A DNA stretch of 43,628 nt from Candidatus Woykebacteria bacterium (GCA_040876345.1 JBBDPM010000006.1:136803-180430); one strand, 5' to 3'. Counted from the stretch's first letter, positions 16,590 to 26,327 are shown. Program-made: numbers and translations. The notes: a model not told the origin generated them from the sequence alone.

Positions 16590-17738
16590 CTAATCTTGAG
16601 GAGCCTCTTCAAGCTTAACCTTGATCTTTAGGGTTTTTCCGTCTCTATCAACTTCAAGCTCTATTGTGTCACCAACTTTATATTTAGTTAAGATCGACGC
16701 TAAAGTATTTTCTTCATTTACCGCCTTGTCATCTACTTTAGTGATTACATCCCCAGATCTAAGACCGGCTTTATCGGCCGGTTTCCCCGGTACAACCTGA
16801 CGAACAAAAGCTCCTTGCGGTAAGTTTTGAACTTCGGCAACATCGCTGCTGATCATCTCATACGATATTCCGATAAAAGGCTTTACTATTTTTCCCAACT
16901 TTCGATATTGTTCGATTATTGGTTTTATTGTATTTATTGGAATTACGAAACCGATATTTTCAGCTGACTGAGAGACGGCAAAGTTCACCCCCACCGCGTT
17001 TCCCGAAAGATCAAGAAGCGGACCACCAGAATTTCCAGGGTTCAAGGCTGCATCAGTTTGAATAGCATTTTCTAAAGTTGCTTGAGCTACACCCAAGCCA
17101 GACGAAGCTGTCACTCCTCTACCAATACCAGAGACTACCCCAACGGTAACCGTGTTGGAAAATCTACCCAGCGCGTTACCAATAGCAACTACTTTCTGAC
17201 CAACTTTCAACGAGTCGGAATCCCCAAGCTTTATTGTCGGTAAGTTTTTCCCATCAATCTCCAAAACGGCAAAATCATTCCCGGGGTCGCGGTCGATTTT
17301 TTTAACAGCGTATTTTTTATTATCTTTAGTAAGCACTGTATACTTGATACTTTTATCTCCAACAACGTGATCATTTGTTATCACAATGCCTGAGCCATCG
17401 ATAATAAAGCCGGTACCGATGCCTTGTTCACTCTGGACGGGCCCTTTCTGAAAATCAAATTGAATAGTCTCGGCAAGTATTGAAACAACCGCCGGGGAAG
17501 ATTTCTCCACTACGTCAATGACGGCCGACTCTTCAACAGTTCTAATAACTTTTTGATCACCTTCAGCTACTACCCGTTCAGAAGTAGAGGGTTTTAGAAA
17601 AGCTGGGATAGAATCTTTGAATGGTAGGCTCTGATACCAAGAAGGATACGTCACCGCCCCAATTCCGCCAAAGAAGACAGAGAGAAACATGGCTAGAACA
17701 AATATCGCTTGTTTGTGGACCTGGGTGAGATTGGACAT
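16590..17738 (-). CDS. htrA: HtrA/DegP-family serine protease with PDZ domain
   Basis: Catalytic triad contexts ITNDHVV, DFAVLEI and GNSGGPLLD, plus a C-terminal PDZ (GLRSGDVITKVD). I chose the ATG at 17738 (MSNLTQ), which has a TATAAT (17752-17747, minus strand) 8 nt upstream. Confidence 0.9.
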   Translation of the reverse strand: MSNLTQVHKQAIFVLAMFLSVFFGGIGAVTYPSWYQSLPFKDSIPAFLKPSTSERVVAEGDQKVIRTVEESAVIDVVEKSSPAVVSILAETIQFDFQKGPVQSEQGIGTGFIIDGSGIVITNDHVVGDKSIKYTVLTKDNKKYAVKKIDRDPGNDFAVLEIDGKNLPTIKLGDSDSLKVGQKVVAIGNALGRFSNTVTVGVVSGIGRGVTASSGLGVAQATLENAIQTDAALNPGNSGGPLLDLSGNAVGVNFAVSQSAENIGFVIPINTIKPIIEQYRKLGKIVKPFIGISYEMISSDVAEVQNLPQGAFVRQVVPGKPADKAGLRSGDVITKVDDKAVNEENTLASILTKYKVGDTIELEVDRDGKTLKIKVKLEEAPQD

Positions 17739-17780
17739 TGTAAACAATTATACATACGAGGAACAAGGCGATCAAGTAAC

Positions 17781-17824
17781 AAAAGTCTACAAAAGAGGAA
17801 CGCCGAGCGCTAAATGTATCGGCG
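17781..17824 (-). terminator. intrinsic terminator after purC-purE
   Basis: On the minus strand, CGCCGA/TCGGCG form a 6-bp stem (17801-17806 / 17819-17824) with a 12-nt loop. It is followed by TTCCTCTTTTGTAGACTTTTGTT. Confidence 0.55.
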
Positions 17825-17922
17825 TACCATCCTTTTCGAGCAGGGACTCCTAGTCGAAGTAGACGTACGTGATACTTTTCCGATCAAATTTATCTGCCGT
17901 TAAGATGTGTTTATGATCAAAT

Positions 17923-19245
17923 TTACTCATTTGACTTAACTACTTTTCTTCTCAATTCCTTCTGAAACTTAAACAAATTAGCCCAGGTTAATAAATTATT
18001 CTCGGCGAAAATTTTAGCAGCTGCCACAGCTGCTGCTTCCGGTTCAATAACGGTTAATGCTCCTGAACCTGAAGGCAGCCGCAAGGATGAGTAGATATCG
18101 GCTCCAGCGTATTTTTCTGAATACGGTGGGCAACTAATCACCGGACTCGCTGTGGCGAAATCAAGATATGCTCCTAAAGCATTGGACCTTCCCGCAACCG
18201 CGATATAAACCAAATGAGAGTTTGTGGAATCAAGTTTCTTGACCCAATCGGACACATACTCAGGCGTTTTGTGAGCCGAAGCCACAATTTTTTGGACTTT
18301 GACAGTGGTAAATTGGCTCAGGTGCTTCTCGATTTTCTCAACCCACCCGGCATCACTTTCCGATCCCATGATAATTGCGCAAGTGCCCGATATAGTTTTA
18401 ATAAAGTCGCTTGTTAACTCGGCTACTGATTGATATTTCCGAGCAATCGCTTCAAGATCATCTTTACTAGCTGCTACTAGGTTTCGATAGACTTGTTTAT
18501 CCAGCATTGCCTCTTTTTTGCCAGAAGGCCAAAGCCGCCAGCTATCATTATCGATTACATCGGCCACCATCAACTTGCCTTTAGCATCTAAACCAAACTC
18601 AATTTTCAGATCTACCAACTGAATGTTGTGTGTGCTCCAAGCATGTTCTAGGACGATAAAAACTTCCTTGAGAGTAGAAAACATCTCTCCAACCGCCTCT
18701 GGATCTATGATATTGCCAGCTCGAGATTTGATCACCCGAGCAGTCTCTATAATCCCGACTCTTTTAGTTAGCTTTGCATCGTAAAAAACCCACTCTTTTG
18801 TTTGGGGATCATACTCAACCAAAGGATCATGCTTGGAATCATCTTTATAAAATAGTTCTGCCACAAGTTCGTCAAATCGGTGGCCCTCGGAGATTTGGGG
18901 GTTTCTCTTGAGGTAACTTCCTGTGGCGATACGACGAGCGACAACTTCCAAAGGAATCATATCTGCCTTTTTGACTATTTGTTCATTAGCCGATTGGCCT
19001 TGTTCAACGAAATGATTGGGGATTCCAGAGTCTGTCAAAAGTGTGAAACAATTATTAGACGTGGTCGCGGCCCAAGCTCCTTTACCAGACAAGATATCAT
19101 GCTTCGCCCCATCTCCAGCCGTAATATCATCTTTGTGAAATATTCGAACCAGAGAGCGGTCGCCGGGTACAGGAAAAATAACCTTAGTTTTACCTTCAGC
19201 AATCTTTCGCGTGTTTATTTTAGAGGAGACTTTAGCCCTTGGCAT
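17923..19245 (-). CDS. bifunctional SAICAR synthetase / class II AIR carboxylase (PurC-PurE fusion, PAICS-like)
   Basis: The N-half carries PurC motifs: EGKTKVIF, ARRIATGSYLKRNP, LVDLKIEFG, ADVIDNDSWRLWPSG. The C-half is PurE-like: IIMGSESD, ASAHKTPE, AVAGRSNALG, PVISCPP, SSLRLPSG. Confidence 0.85.
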   Translation of the reverse strand: MPRAKVSSKINTRKIAEGKTKVIFPVPGDRSLVRIFHKDDITAGDGAKHDILSGKGAWAATTSNNCFTLLTDSGIPNHFVEQGQSANEQIVKKADMIPLEVVARRIATGSYLKRNPQISEGHRFDELVAELFYKDDSKHDPLVEYDPQTKEWVFYDAKLTKRVGIIETARVIKSRAGNIIDPEAVGEMFSTLKEVFIVLEHAWSTHNIQLVDLKIEFGLDAKGKLMVADVIDNDSWRLWPSGKKEAMLDKQVYRNLVAASKDDLEAIARKYQSVAELTSDFIKTISGTCAIIMGSESDAGWVEKIEKHLSQFTTVKVQKIVASAHKTPEYVSDWVKKLDSTNSHLVYIAVAGRSNALGAYLDFATASPVISCPPYSEKYAGADIYSSLRLPSGSGALTVIEPEAAAVAAAKIFAENNLLTWANLFKFQKELRRKVVKSNE

Positions 19246-19315
19246 AAAAGTGTTAGAGCAGTATTGATAGACAATTTATCATAAAGTGATAAAAAGATAA
19301 AGTGTTTCCACAAAA

Positions 19316-20635
19316 CTATTTACTAAACCGGAGGAAAATTTTATCCATATATTTTAAATTCTTTTTCGGATCAAAAGCCTCGTCCAATTCTTTTTCCGAA
19401 ACAAAGCTCATCACCTTTTTATCAATCAAAAGCAAATTCTTCAAATCCACTTCTTCCTCCATTGCCTCAAAAGCATATTTTTTAACTAAATTATAAGCTT
19501 CTTCTGCTTTCATACCCTTGGAACGAAGCAGCGTTTGAACATTTTGCGAGAAAATTGCACCATGGGTTTTTTCCAAATTCTTTTTCATATTTTTAGGAAA
19601 AACTTTTAGACCATCGATAACACCAATCATTTCCAAAATCATGTAACCGGCTAAATTTGTGGAGTCCCCAAGCGTCAATCTTTCCGAAGCTGAATTGGCC
19701 AAATCTCTTTCGTGCCAAGTAGCAATATTTTCGTACATTGGCAAAATCTTTGATCGAAGAACCCGGGAGAGTCCGACGATTCTCTCTGATTTATGCGGAT
19801 TTCTCTTATGCGGCATAGCGCTGCTGCCGGTTTGATTAGGTTTAAACGGTTCCTGCACTTCCAAAATTTCAGTTCTGGCTAAGTTGCGAATTTCGGTTGC
19901 GATTCTTTCTAAAACTGAACCAATGACGACTAAATTGTGGACATAACATGCGTGAGGGTCTCTTGGCAAAATCTGAGTGGAGATTTTTGCCGGTTTTAAT
20001 CCTAATCTCTTACATACTAATTCTTCTACTTTAGGGTCAAGTGTATAGACTCCAACTGCTCCAGAAATTTTTCCGACCGAAACTTTTTCCTTTAACTTTC
20101 CCAGATCCTCGACCGCCCTTTCAACTTGATCAAGCCAAGAAAGTAATTTAAAACCAAAAGTAAGTGGCTCAGCGTGAATCCCATGGGTACGGCCTATTTC
20201 AACCGTATCTTTGTATTTAAAAGCTTTTTCTTTGATAATTTTTGAAAGTCTTGAGAGATCTTCCGCTAAAACTTCAACCGATTCCACCAGCATCAAAGCA
20301 TTGGCAGTATCCTCTACATCGTATGAAGTCAATTTGTAGTGTAAGAAATTACCGGCTGACTCTGATCCAAGGCGCTTCAACTCGGCTCTTACAACATTCA
20401 AAAAGGCGGTCAAATCATGGTCAGTTTTTTCTTCCTCTTTTTTTATTTTGGTACTATCTACTGATTTTACTTTTTGAATGGCAGCTGCAGCCCTCTTTGG
20501 GATTAAATCAATTTCAGCTTGTACCTGGGCCACTGCTTTTTCAACTCGCAGCCAGTAATCAAACCGGGCTTCCCCTTCACCAATCATCCATATATCCCAA
20601 AGCTTTGGGTGTTTGTAACGCTCAATTGCTGGCAT
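19316..20635 (-). CDS. purB: adenylosuccinate lyase
   Basis: Fumarate-lyase signature GSSAMPHKRNP; length and overall pattern match PurB. Confidence 0.9.
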   Translation of the reverse strand: MPAIERYKHPKLWDIWMIGEGEARFDYWLRVEKAVAQVQAEIDLIPKRAAAAIQKVKSVDSTKIKKEEEKTDHDLTAFLNVVRAELKRLGSESAGNFLHYKLTSYDVEDTANALMLVESVEVLAEDLSRLSKIIKEKAFKYKDTVEIGRTHGIHAEPLTFGFKLLSWLDQVERAVEDLGKLKEKVSVGKISGAVGVYTLDPKVEELVCKRLGLKPAKISTQILPRDPHACYVHNLVVIGSVLERIATEIRNLARTEILEVQEPFKPNQTGSSAMPHKRNPHKSERIVGLSRVLRSKILPMYENIATWHERDLANSASERLTLGDSTNLAGYMILEMIGVIDGLKVFPKNMKKNLEKTHGAIFSQNVQTLLRSKGMKAEEAYNLVKKYAFEAMEEEVDLKNLLLIDKKVMSFVSEKELDEAFDPKKNLKYMDKIFLRFSK

Positions 20636-20679
20636 AGTTAAAATTAATGGTCAGAAAAGGGAGAATATAGCACAAAACT

Positions 20680-20728
20680 TGGGCATTTTAAAGTGGACAG
20701 CGGTCCCGTAGTTTCCTTTTGGGACCGC
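20680..20728 (-). terminator. hairpin downstream of argB
   Basis: Perfect 9-bp stem AGCGGTCCC/GGGACCGCT (20698-20706 / 20720-20728) with a 13-nt loop. The downstream tract GTCCACTTTAAAATG is only moderately U-rich. Confidence 0.4.
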
Positions 20729-20757
20729 TCACACCTCCTTTCTGCTCACCTCTCACG

Positions 20758-21606
20758 TCACCATCTTTTTCCCTTGTTCCTTCGGACGAATTCTGTACCA
20801 ACTGGCTTACCCTCCACAAGCTGAGCTAGAATTGCTTGTTGAGTTGCTTCCAGTAAGTACACTCTCCCCACCCCACCCTCTAACGCTTGGATGCAAGCCT
20901 CAATCTTCGGTATCATCCCACCTTGGGCTATCCCCGTAGAAAGTAGTCTTTTGGCCTGATTGAGATTCAGGAGATGAACCAGCGAGCGCGGCGCAAGTGG
21001 ATTAATCATAACAGCTGGCACATCTGTAAGCTGCAGAAAACAATCAGCTTTCAGAGCGATTGCGACAGCTGCAGCTGCCTCATCGGCGTTGATGTTGTAG
21101 TCCTGTTTCCAAATCCAACCGACCGGCGAGACAACGGCAATCTCCCCTCGTGTTAGGGAACTGCGAAGAGAAGCACCCCTCACCTTCATCACATGACCAA
21201 CCAAGCCTAGGCTTTCATCCTCGTGGCGTTTGGCAGTGATGAGTTTATGGTGAGGAACGAAGCTGCGTGCTTTCCCACCCAAACCCCGGATTTGATCAAC
21301 CAAAATTTGGTTGGTTCTTTCCAGAGTTTTTGTGATAGCCACCATCATCTCAGCAGTGGTCCCCCGAAGTCCATTTTGAAACGATACGTGCAGGCCTGCT
21401 TTCTTGAGATCAGTGGTAATGGCCGCGCCTCCGCCGTGAACCAGCACAACCTGAACACCTCCCCTGGCAAAAAGCACAAGAACCTCAAGTACTTTCTGCA
21501 TGGTGGGAGATCCCAAAGCGCTACCGCCATACTTAGCGACGATTACCTTTCCCCGATTGGATCCTATGAAGGCTTGGGCTTTCCGCGTCGGATCTTCCCC
21601 TGACAT
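20758..21606 (-). CDS. argB: acetylglutamate kinase (amino-acid kinase family)
   Basis: Motifs VAKYGGSAL, VLVHGGGAAI, FQNGLRGT, YNINADEAAAAVA and GGMIPKIEA. ATG at 21606 lies 6 nt after AAGGAG; an alternative GTG is at 21609. The gene is visibly GC-richer than purB and ctpA on either side. Confidence 0.85.
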   Translation of the reverse strand: MSGEDPTRKAQAFIGSNRGKVIVAKYGGSALGSPTMQKVLEVLVLFARGGVQVVLVHGGGAAITTDLKKAGLHVSFQNGLRGTTAEMMVAITKTLERTNQILVDQIRGLGGKARSFVPHHKLITAKRHEDESLGLVGHVMKVRGASLRSSLTRGEIAVVSPVGWIWKQDYNINADEAAAAVAIALKADCFLQLTDVPAVMINPLAPRSLVHLLNLNQAKRLLSTGIAQGGMIPKIEACIQALEGGVGRVYLLEATQQAILAQLVEGKPVGTEFVRRNKGKRW

Positions 21607-21720
21607 CACTCTCTCCTTTATCTAGGACGAGGTGTACAACCGGGTAGCCGCTAGACCTTTTAGCTTTATCATAAACTATAAGATTATGTCAATTGGATGG
21701 GGGTATTTGAGAAAAATAAA

Positions 21721-22932
21721 TTACTGCAATGCCTTTAATGCCCTGGCAAGTTGGGGATCGGCTCCTTTTTCAAAATCTTTCTCGGTCATCTTCACCTCCA
21801 CGTCTGGAGAGAGACCTTTTTCGTTTACCCAAGTGCCAGAGGGTGTAAGCCATTTGGCCGTGGTGATGTGAAGGCCAGAGCCATCTTGAAAATCATCTAC
21901 TTTTTGAATTGTTCCTTTTCCAAATGTTTTTTCACCCAGAAGTTTAGTTTTTTTATTATCCCGAAGCGCCCCAGCCACAATTTCAGAAGCAGAAGCACTT
22001 CCTTCGTTTATAAGAACTATTAATTGAACCTCTCTCAACCTACCATCCCGATTTGAGGTTAGACTTGTTCTTCCACCCTTTGAATCTTCTTGAATTAACA
22101 CTACTGCGCCCTTTGGCAAAAATTCTCCAGCGATATATATTGACTGATCAAGCCTTCCTCCCGGATTATTACGCATATCTAATATCACCTTTTTATAATT
22201 ACCCGTAACAACTTTGTTAACAGCCTCATCCCAATCAGTGTTAGTATTATCCCCAAAGCGAGAGAGTTTTAACACTGCTACATCTTGCTTAATCGCAACC
22301 CTAACACTTTTTACCGATATCTTCTCCCTGGTCATTTCTATCTCAAAAGGACTCTTGCCTTTCCTTTGCAAAAGGAGTTTGACTTTTTTCCCAGCTTCCC
22401 CCCGGATAATTTGGACTGCTTCGGGAACAGTCATATCGGAAGTGTCTTCTCCGTCGATCGCTAAAATAACATCTCCGGCTCTGACGCCCGCTTTCTCAGA
22501 CGGAGTCCCCTCAAGGGGGGCAATTACCACTAATCTGCCTTCCCGCGATCCTAGCTCAATACCGACTCCCTCATATGTACCGGAGAGATTATCAAGAAAC
22601 GCCTGATTTTGGTCTGGGTCCAAGAAAACGGTGTAGGGGTCTCCAATTGCCCGCACCATCCCGGAAATTGCTCCGTAAAGAAGCTTTTGAGGATCAACCT
22701 TACCTTTATCTAGATACTCTTCTGAAGCCTTTTGCCAAACATCCCAAAATGGAGCAAAATCGACTCTTACGTTTGATGGGGTCTGGGTATTGGTAAGATT
22801 AAGAACAGGGCGACTACCACCGAAAGGCAAGACAACACTCTGCCCCACCCAAATTCCGGCTAGAAAAATAATTAATACACCCAATAATTTCGGTATGAAA
22901 CTTTCAAATCTTCCTTTAAATTTGTTTTCCAT
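21721..22932 (-). CDS. ctpA: S41 carboxy-terminal processing protease
   Basis: N-terminal TM helix, PDZ (GVRAGDVILAIDGE), catalytic Ser context NEGSASASEIVAGAL and Lys context TFGKGTIQ. The ATG overlaps the upstream stop (TAATG). Confidence 0.9.
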   Translation of the reverse strand: MENKFKGRFESFIPKLLGVLIIFLAGIWVGQSVVLPFGGSRPVLNLTNTQTPSNVRVDFAPFWDVWQKASEEYLDKGKVDPQKLLYGAISGMVRAIGDPYTVFLDPDQNQAFLDNLSGTYEGVGIELGSREGRLVVIAPLEGTPSEKAGVRAGDVILAIDGEDTSDMTVPEAVQIIRGEAGKKVKLLLQRKGKSPFEIEMTREKISVKSVRVAIKQDVAVLKLSRFGDNTNTDWDEAVNKVVTGNYKKVILDMRNNPGGRLDQSIYIAGEFLPKGAVVLIQEDSKGGRTSLTSNRDGRLREVQLIVLINEGSASASEIVAGALRDNKKTKLLGEKTFGKGTIQKVDDFQDGSGLHITTAKWLTPSGTWVNEKGLSPDVEVKMTEKDFEKGADPQLARALKALQ

Positions 22933-23987
22933 TATGCATCCACAATTTCTAGATTAGCGGAGGGTACCGTAATCTTTTTTCCGGTAAGAAATTTTACTGA
23001 AGCTACTTCGGCTACCAACCCTGAATTCAAAACTTCTCTCTCACTTAGCGCTTCAACCTTTCCAATCAGCTCCTGACTTCCTGGTCTAAAAACCCGAACT
23101 ATGTCCCCAACACTAAGCTTTCGCCAGTAGTCCTGCGCTGTCTTTAAGAACCGCTCCTGCTTCACAATTGGTATGAAAAAGGTTTTTGCTTCTCCAGATA
23201 AAAATGCAAAATTATTTTCAAGCTGCTTAGCTGCTTCAAAAATATCTAGACCGATCGGGGTAGTACCAAAACCTTCGGTTATTAAAACTGTTATTCCCAC
23301 ATCGGTTCCCACCCCCAAGCTCAAAAAATCTCGGTGATTAATCCCCCCAACCACAAAACCATGAACACCGATAGTCACTGCTTTTTCGATTGTGGATCTC
23401 TCAAGCAGTGAGCCCCCGACTAGTATTTTCCCAGCACAATCCCCGGTTATCATCTGCGGTATTACAAATTCATGCGGCTGAGCTATTATTTTAACTAATC
23501 CTTCCCTTTCTCTACCAACACCACTTACCCCACTTATCTTAGTACCACCAGTTTTGATAAAAATGCTCTCTTGTCCGACTTTAGTAACTTGGCCCTTTGC
23601 TCCGGCTACCAGGCGCACCGTTGTCGGCATAAAGTTAACAATTAAATCTCCATTCGTATCGACTTCGTTTATTACTCCATCTGCCGGAGACTTTACTTCT
23701 TTTTTCCCGACTCCAAAAATAAGCCCACGTCGGGCGATAATTTCACCCCGGTAAATACGATCTCCTAACTTTCGGAGAAGATATTTTTTTACGCTAGAGC
23801 CACTCACCCCAAGTTCGTGGGCAATTTTAACAAGTCTCTGTCCAGCGGAAACCTCGCAGTGACCAATTATAGATTCCGGGTTAACTTCATCACCAACACG
23901 GGCTGATACTTTACAAGACCCGGTAAATTTTCTTTCAAGTTCATGCTCAACGTTTTTTGTAATTCGTCTTATTACTGGTGAAATCAT
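22932..23987 (-). CDS. uncharacterised protein with barrel-sandwich-hybrid-like segments
   Basis: KVSARVGDEVNPESIIGHCEV and VKSPADGVINEVD resemble lipoyl/biotinyl-type hybrid-barrel hairpins. The C-half (GVHGFVVGGINHRDF..ITVLITEGFGTTPIG) is unassigned. It is translationally coupled on both sides. Confidence 0.5.
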   Translation of the reverse strand: MISPVIRRITKNVEHELERKFTGSCKVSARVGDEVNPESIIGHCEVSAGQRLVKIAHELGVSGSSVKKYLLRKLGDRIYRGEIIARRGLIFGVGKKEVKSPADGVINEVDTNGDLIVNFMPTTVRLVAGAKGQVTKVGQESIFIKTGGTKISGVSGVGREREGLVKIIAQPHEFVIPQMITGDCAGKILVGGSLLERSTIEKAVTIGVHGFVVGGINHRDFLSLGVGTDVGITVLITEGFGTTPIGLDIFEAAKQLENNFAFLSGEAKTFFIPIVKQERFLKTAQDYWRKLSVGDIVRVFRPGSQELIGKVEALSEREVLNSGLVAEVASVKFLTGKKITVPSANLEIVDA

Positions 23988-25030
23988 ATTTCGAAAAGCT
24001 CTACATTATCCAAAGCTTGCTGCCAACTTGATACTTGCGCTCGAGATCTTTCCTGGCCAAATTCTAAATTCAGGGGCTTTCTTCTACCGTCCAAAATAAT
24101 TCCCCACTTGCCACCAGAGACTGAAAACTTAACTTTCTGTTTGTAGTGAATCGTAAGATTCACTTTTTGGGATTCTTCTACTGGTATTAAAGCAATTTCG
24201 TTTTCCGTGATTACTACCTCTTGAATCTGGGCTAATCCGTAGTCTAGGCTCACCTTCCCCGCCCCACCAAGTGAAACTAAAACGCCCAAGTTTTTTAAAA
24301 TTGAGAAATCGATTCCCTTAAAATCCTTCTTTTGGCTTATCAAAGCCCCGTAAGAATTAAGAAAGGCTCTCTGATCCTGCAAAACCTGGACTACTTTACC
24401 AAAGGCCATTAAATCCAGCAAAAGAAGGGCTACTCTCGTGGGTTTCTGTTCCCAAGAAAAAAGTCCTCCAGTAACAATGACCGTGTTAAATTTAGTCGGA
24501 TTGTGGAGATCCGGATAGATACTAAACGCTGCTCTAAGTAATGCCTCATCAATCTCAAGATAATTTTTATTTTCTGGGATAGATTGACTAAAAAGAGCTT
24601 TATTCCCAATAAAATTTTCTAGTTCGATTTCGCTCATTCTGAAACTCAAAAAAGCTCCCACATCTGATACTCTAAAATTGCGCAAGTAATTACTTGCACC
24701 ACCATCTAGAAGAGTAGGGTTTACTAAGCTTTGCAGAGCAAACCAATCACTTAATTCCTTACTAACTATTTCTTTGCTGACGAATGTAGCTGAAAGTGGC
24801 TTTGCTAAAGCCTCTGCCTCGTTGAAAGTGGATGTTACTAATATTCTTGGGCTTTTTGCCTTGGAAGAAATTGCTTTAATAAGAGTCCCACTACTATAGC
24901 GAATATCTTCTTGAGAAGTGGGAAGCATGATCGCTTCCTTAATTAAACCCTGTGGCACCCCTGAAACAAGAAATGCTTTTGTCCAGGATGTACCTATATC
25001 CAAGATTAGATAGTCTTCGGCAGAAGTCAT
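23984..25030 (-). CDS. actin-like (ASKHA) ATPase of unknown role
   Basis: Phosphate-1 motif LILDIGTSWTKAF, phosphate-2-like LLDGGASN and adenosine-like VIVTGGLF. The 4-nt ATGA overlaps the next gene. Confidence 0.6.
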   Translation of the reverse strand: MTSAEDYLILDIGTSWTKAFLVSGVPQGLIKEAIMLPTSQEDIRYSSGTLIKAISSKAKSPRILVTSTFNEAEALAKPLSATFVSKEIVSKELSDWFALQSLVNPTLLDGGASNYLRNFRVSDVGAFLSFRMSEIELENFIGNKALFSQSIPENKNYLEIDEALLRAAFSIYPDLHNPTKFNTVIVTGGLFSWEQKPTRVALLLLDLMAFGKVVQVLQDQRAFLNSYGALISQKKDFKGIDFSILKNLGVLVSLGGAGKVSLDYGLAQIQEVVITENEIALIPVEESQKVNLTIHYKQKVKFSVSGGKWGIILDGRRKPLNLEFGQERSRAQVSSWQQALDNVELFEI

Positions 25031-25075
25031 AGGAATATAATTTCTTTAGATTTTACCTGAAAGCTTTAAACAAAG

Positions 25076-25300
25076 CTAGCTTACTCTTGCGCTGAAGGCA
25101 ATGAGCGCCATGTAACGGGCCCTTTTTATCGCTGTGGATAAGGCTCTTCCGTGCTTAGCACAAGCACCTGTTTTTACACGGGGAATTATTTTACCCTTCT
25201 CAGTAGTAAACTTACGAAAGATTGCGACTTCTTTATAATCGGGTTCCGTCTTGTCCTTACAAAACTGACAAACCTTTTTTCGATATTTTCCTTGAGCCAT
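25076..25300 (-). CDS. rpsR: 30S ribosomal protein S18
   Basis: [36 protein letters not shown] pattern; lies in the rpsF-ssb-rpsR context. Confidence 0.9.
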   Translation of the reverse strand: MAQGKYRKKVCQFCKDKTEPDYKEVAIFRKFTTEKGKIIPRVKTGACAKHGRALSTAIKRARYMALIAFSARVS

Positions 25301-25309
25301 ATTAGTAGA

Positions 25310-25873
25310 TTAGAACGGTATGTCGTCTATATCAATTTCTTCTTCTTTTCCCTCTTCTTTTTCTGCTTTTTCCTCATCATTTTTCTTCTCTGATTTTTCC
25401 TTTTGACCTTTTACGTCTTTCTTGTCAGCCTTTTCTTTATCCTCACCCTCTTTTACATCTTCACTCTTTTCGGCTTTTTGCTCGACAGTTTCTTCGTCCT
25501 TACCCTCTTCTTTTTCTTCGCGGGGCCCATCCTTTCTTTGGTCAAGGATAACCATATCTTCGGCTACAATCTCAGTGGTCTGTCTTTTTTCACCATCACC
25601 AGTTTCCCAGCTTCGGGTTTGGAGTCTTCCTTCGACGTAGACTTTGCGACCCTTTGTCAGAAGTTGAGAGCAAAGCTCAGCTAACTTATTCCAAGCGACA
25701 ATTCGGTGAAACTCTGTTTCTTCCCTTCTTTCGTTTGAATCAGACGGCATCCAACTTCGATTGGTTGCTAGTCCAAAAGAGCAAACGGCGGTTCCAGAAG
25801 GCGTGTAGCGCAACTCCGGATCCCGAGTTAAATTCCCTATTAACATTGCTTTATTCAACGATCTAGATGACAT
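25310..25873 (-). CDS. ssb: single-stranded DNA-binding protein with long acidic/Lys-rich tail
   Basis: OB-fold N-terminus LNKAMLIGNLTRDPELRYTPSG and C-terminal DDIPF tip. A strong SD (AAAGGAGGTAACT) precedes the ATG. Confidence 0.9.
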   Translation of the reverse strand: MSSRSLNKAMLIGNLTRDPELRYTPSGTAVCSFGLATNRSWMPSDSNERREETEFHRIVAWNKLAELCSQLLTKGRKVYVEGRLQTRSWETGDGEKRQTTEIVAEDMVILDQRKDGPREEKEEGKDEETVEQKAEKSEDVKEGEDKEKADKKDVKGQKEKSEKKNDEEKAEKEEGKEEEIDIDDIPF

Positions 25874-25953
25874 AGTTACCTCCTTTAAATATTAACATTC
25901 AATTCTTAACCCTCTCTACGATTCCTAACCCCCTCCTTGATTTTGAATTCGGA

Positions 25954-26238
25954 TTACTCCTCTCTCAAGAGCATATACCTAAGTACATTTTCATCAATAG
26001 AAAGTTTCTTTTCGAGTTTTTTCGCTAGTGGCTCCGGTGCAAGAAAGTGGATGAGGAAGTAGTTTCCTTCTTTTTGTTTCTTTATTTCGTAGGCGAGGTT
26101 TCTTTTTCCCCAGTCTTGGCGCTTTTCGACCGTTCCTTTTTCGTCATGAATCAGTTTTTCTAGCTCCCCGGTTAAATTTTTTTGTTCGGCCTCGGAAAGA
26201 TCCCCTTTGCCCAAAACTAATAACTCGTATTCTCTCAT
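25954..26238 (-). CDS. rpsF: 30S ribosomal protein S6
   Basis: MREYELLVL...WGKRNLAYEIKK..G.Y pattern. TAGAAT lies 6 nt upstream of the ATG. Confidence 0.9.
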   Translation of the reverse strand: MREYELLVLGKGDLSEAEQKNLTGELEKLIHDEKGTVEKRQDWGKRNLAYEIKKQKEGNYFLIHFLAPEPLAKKLEKKLSIDENVLRYMLLREE

Positions 26239-26327
26239 GTGTAAATTCTATTTCGCATCGTGCTTAATTTAATTCGAAGGGAGTATATCATAAGCTTGCA
26301 ATATAGTTCAATACCTACACGTTATGA

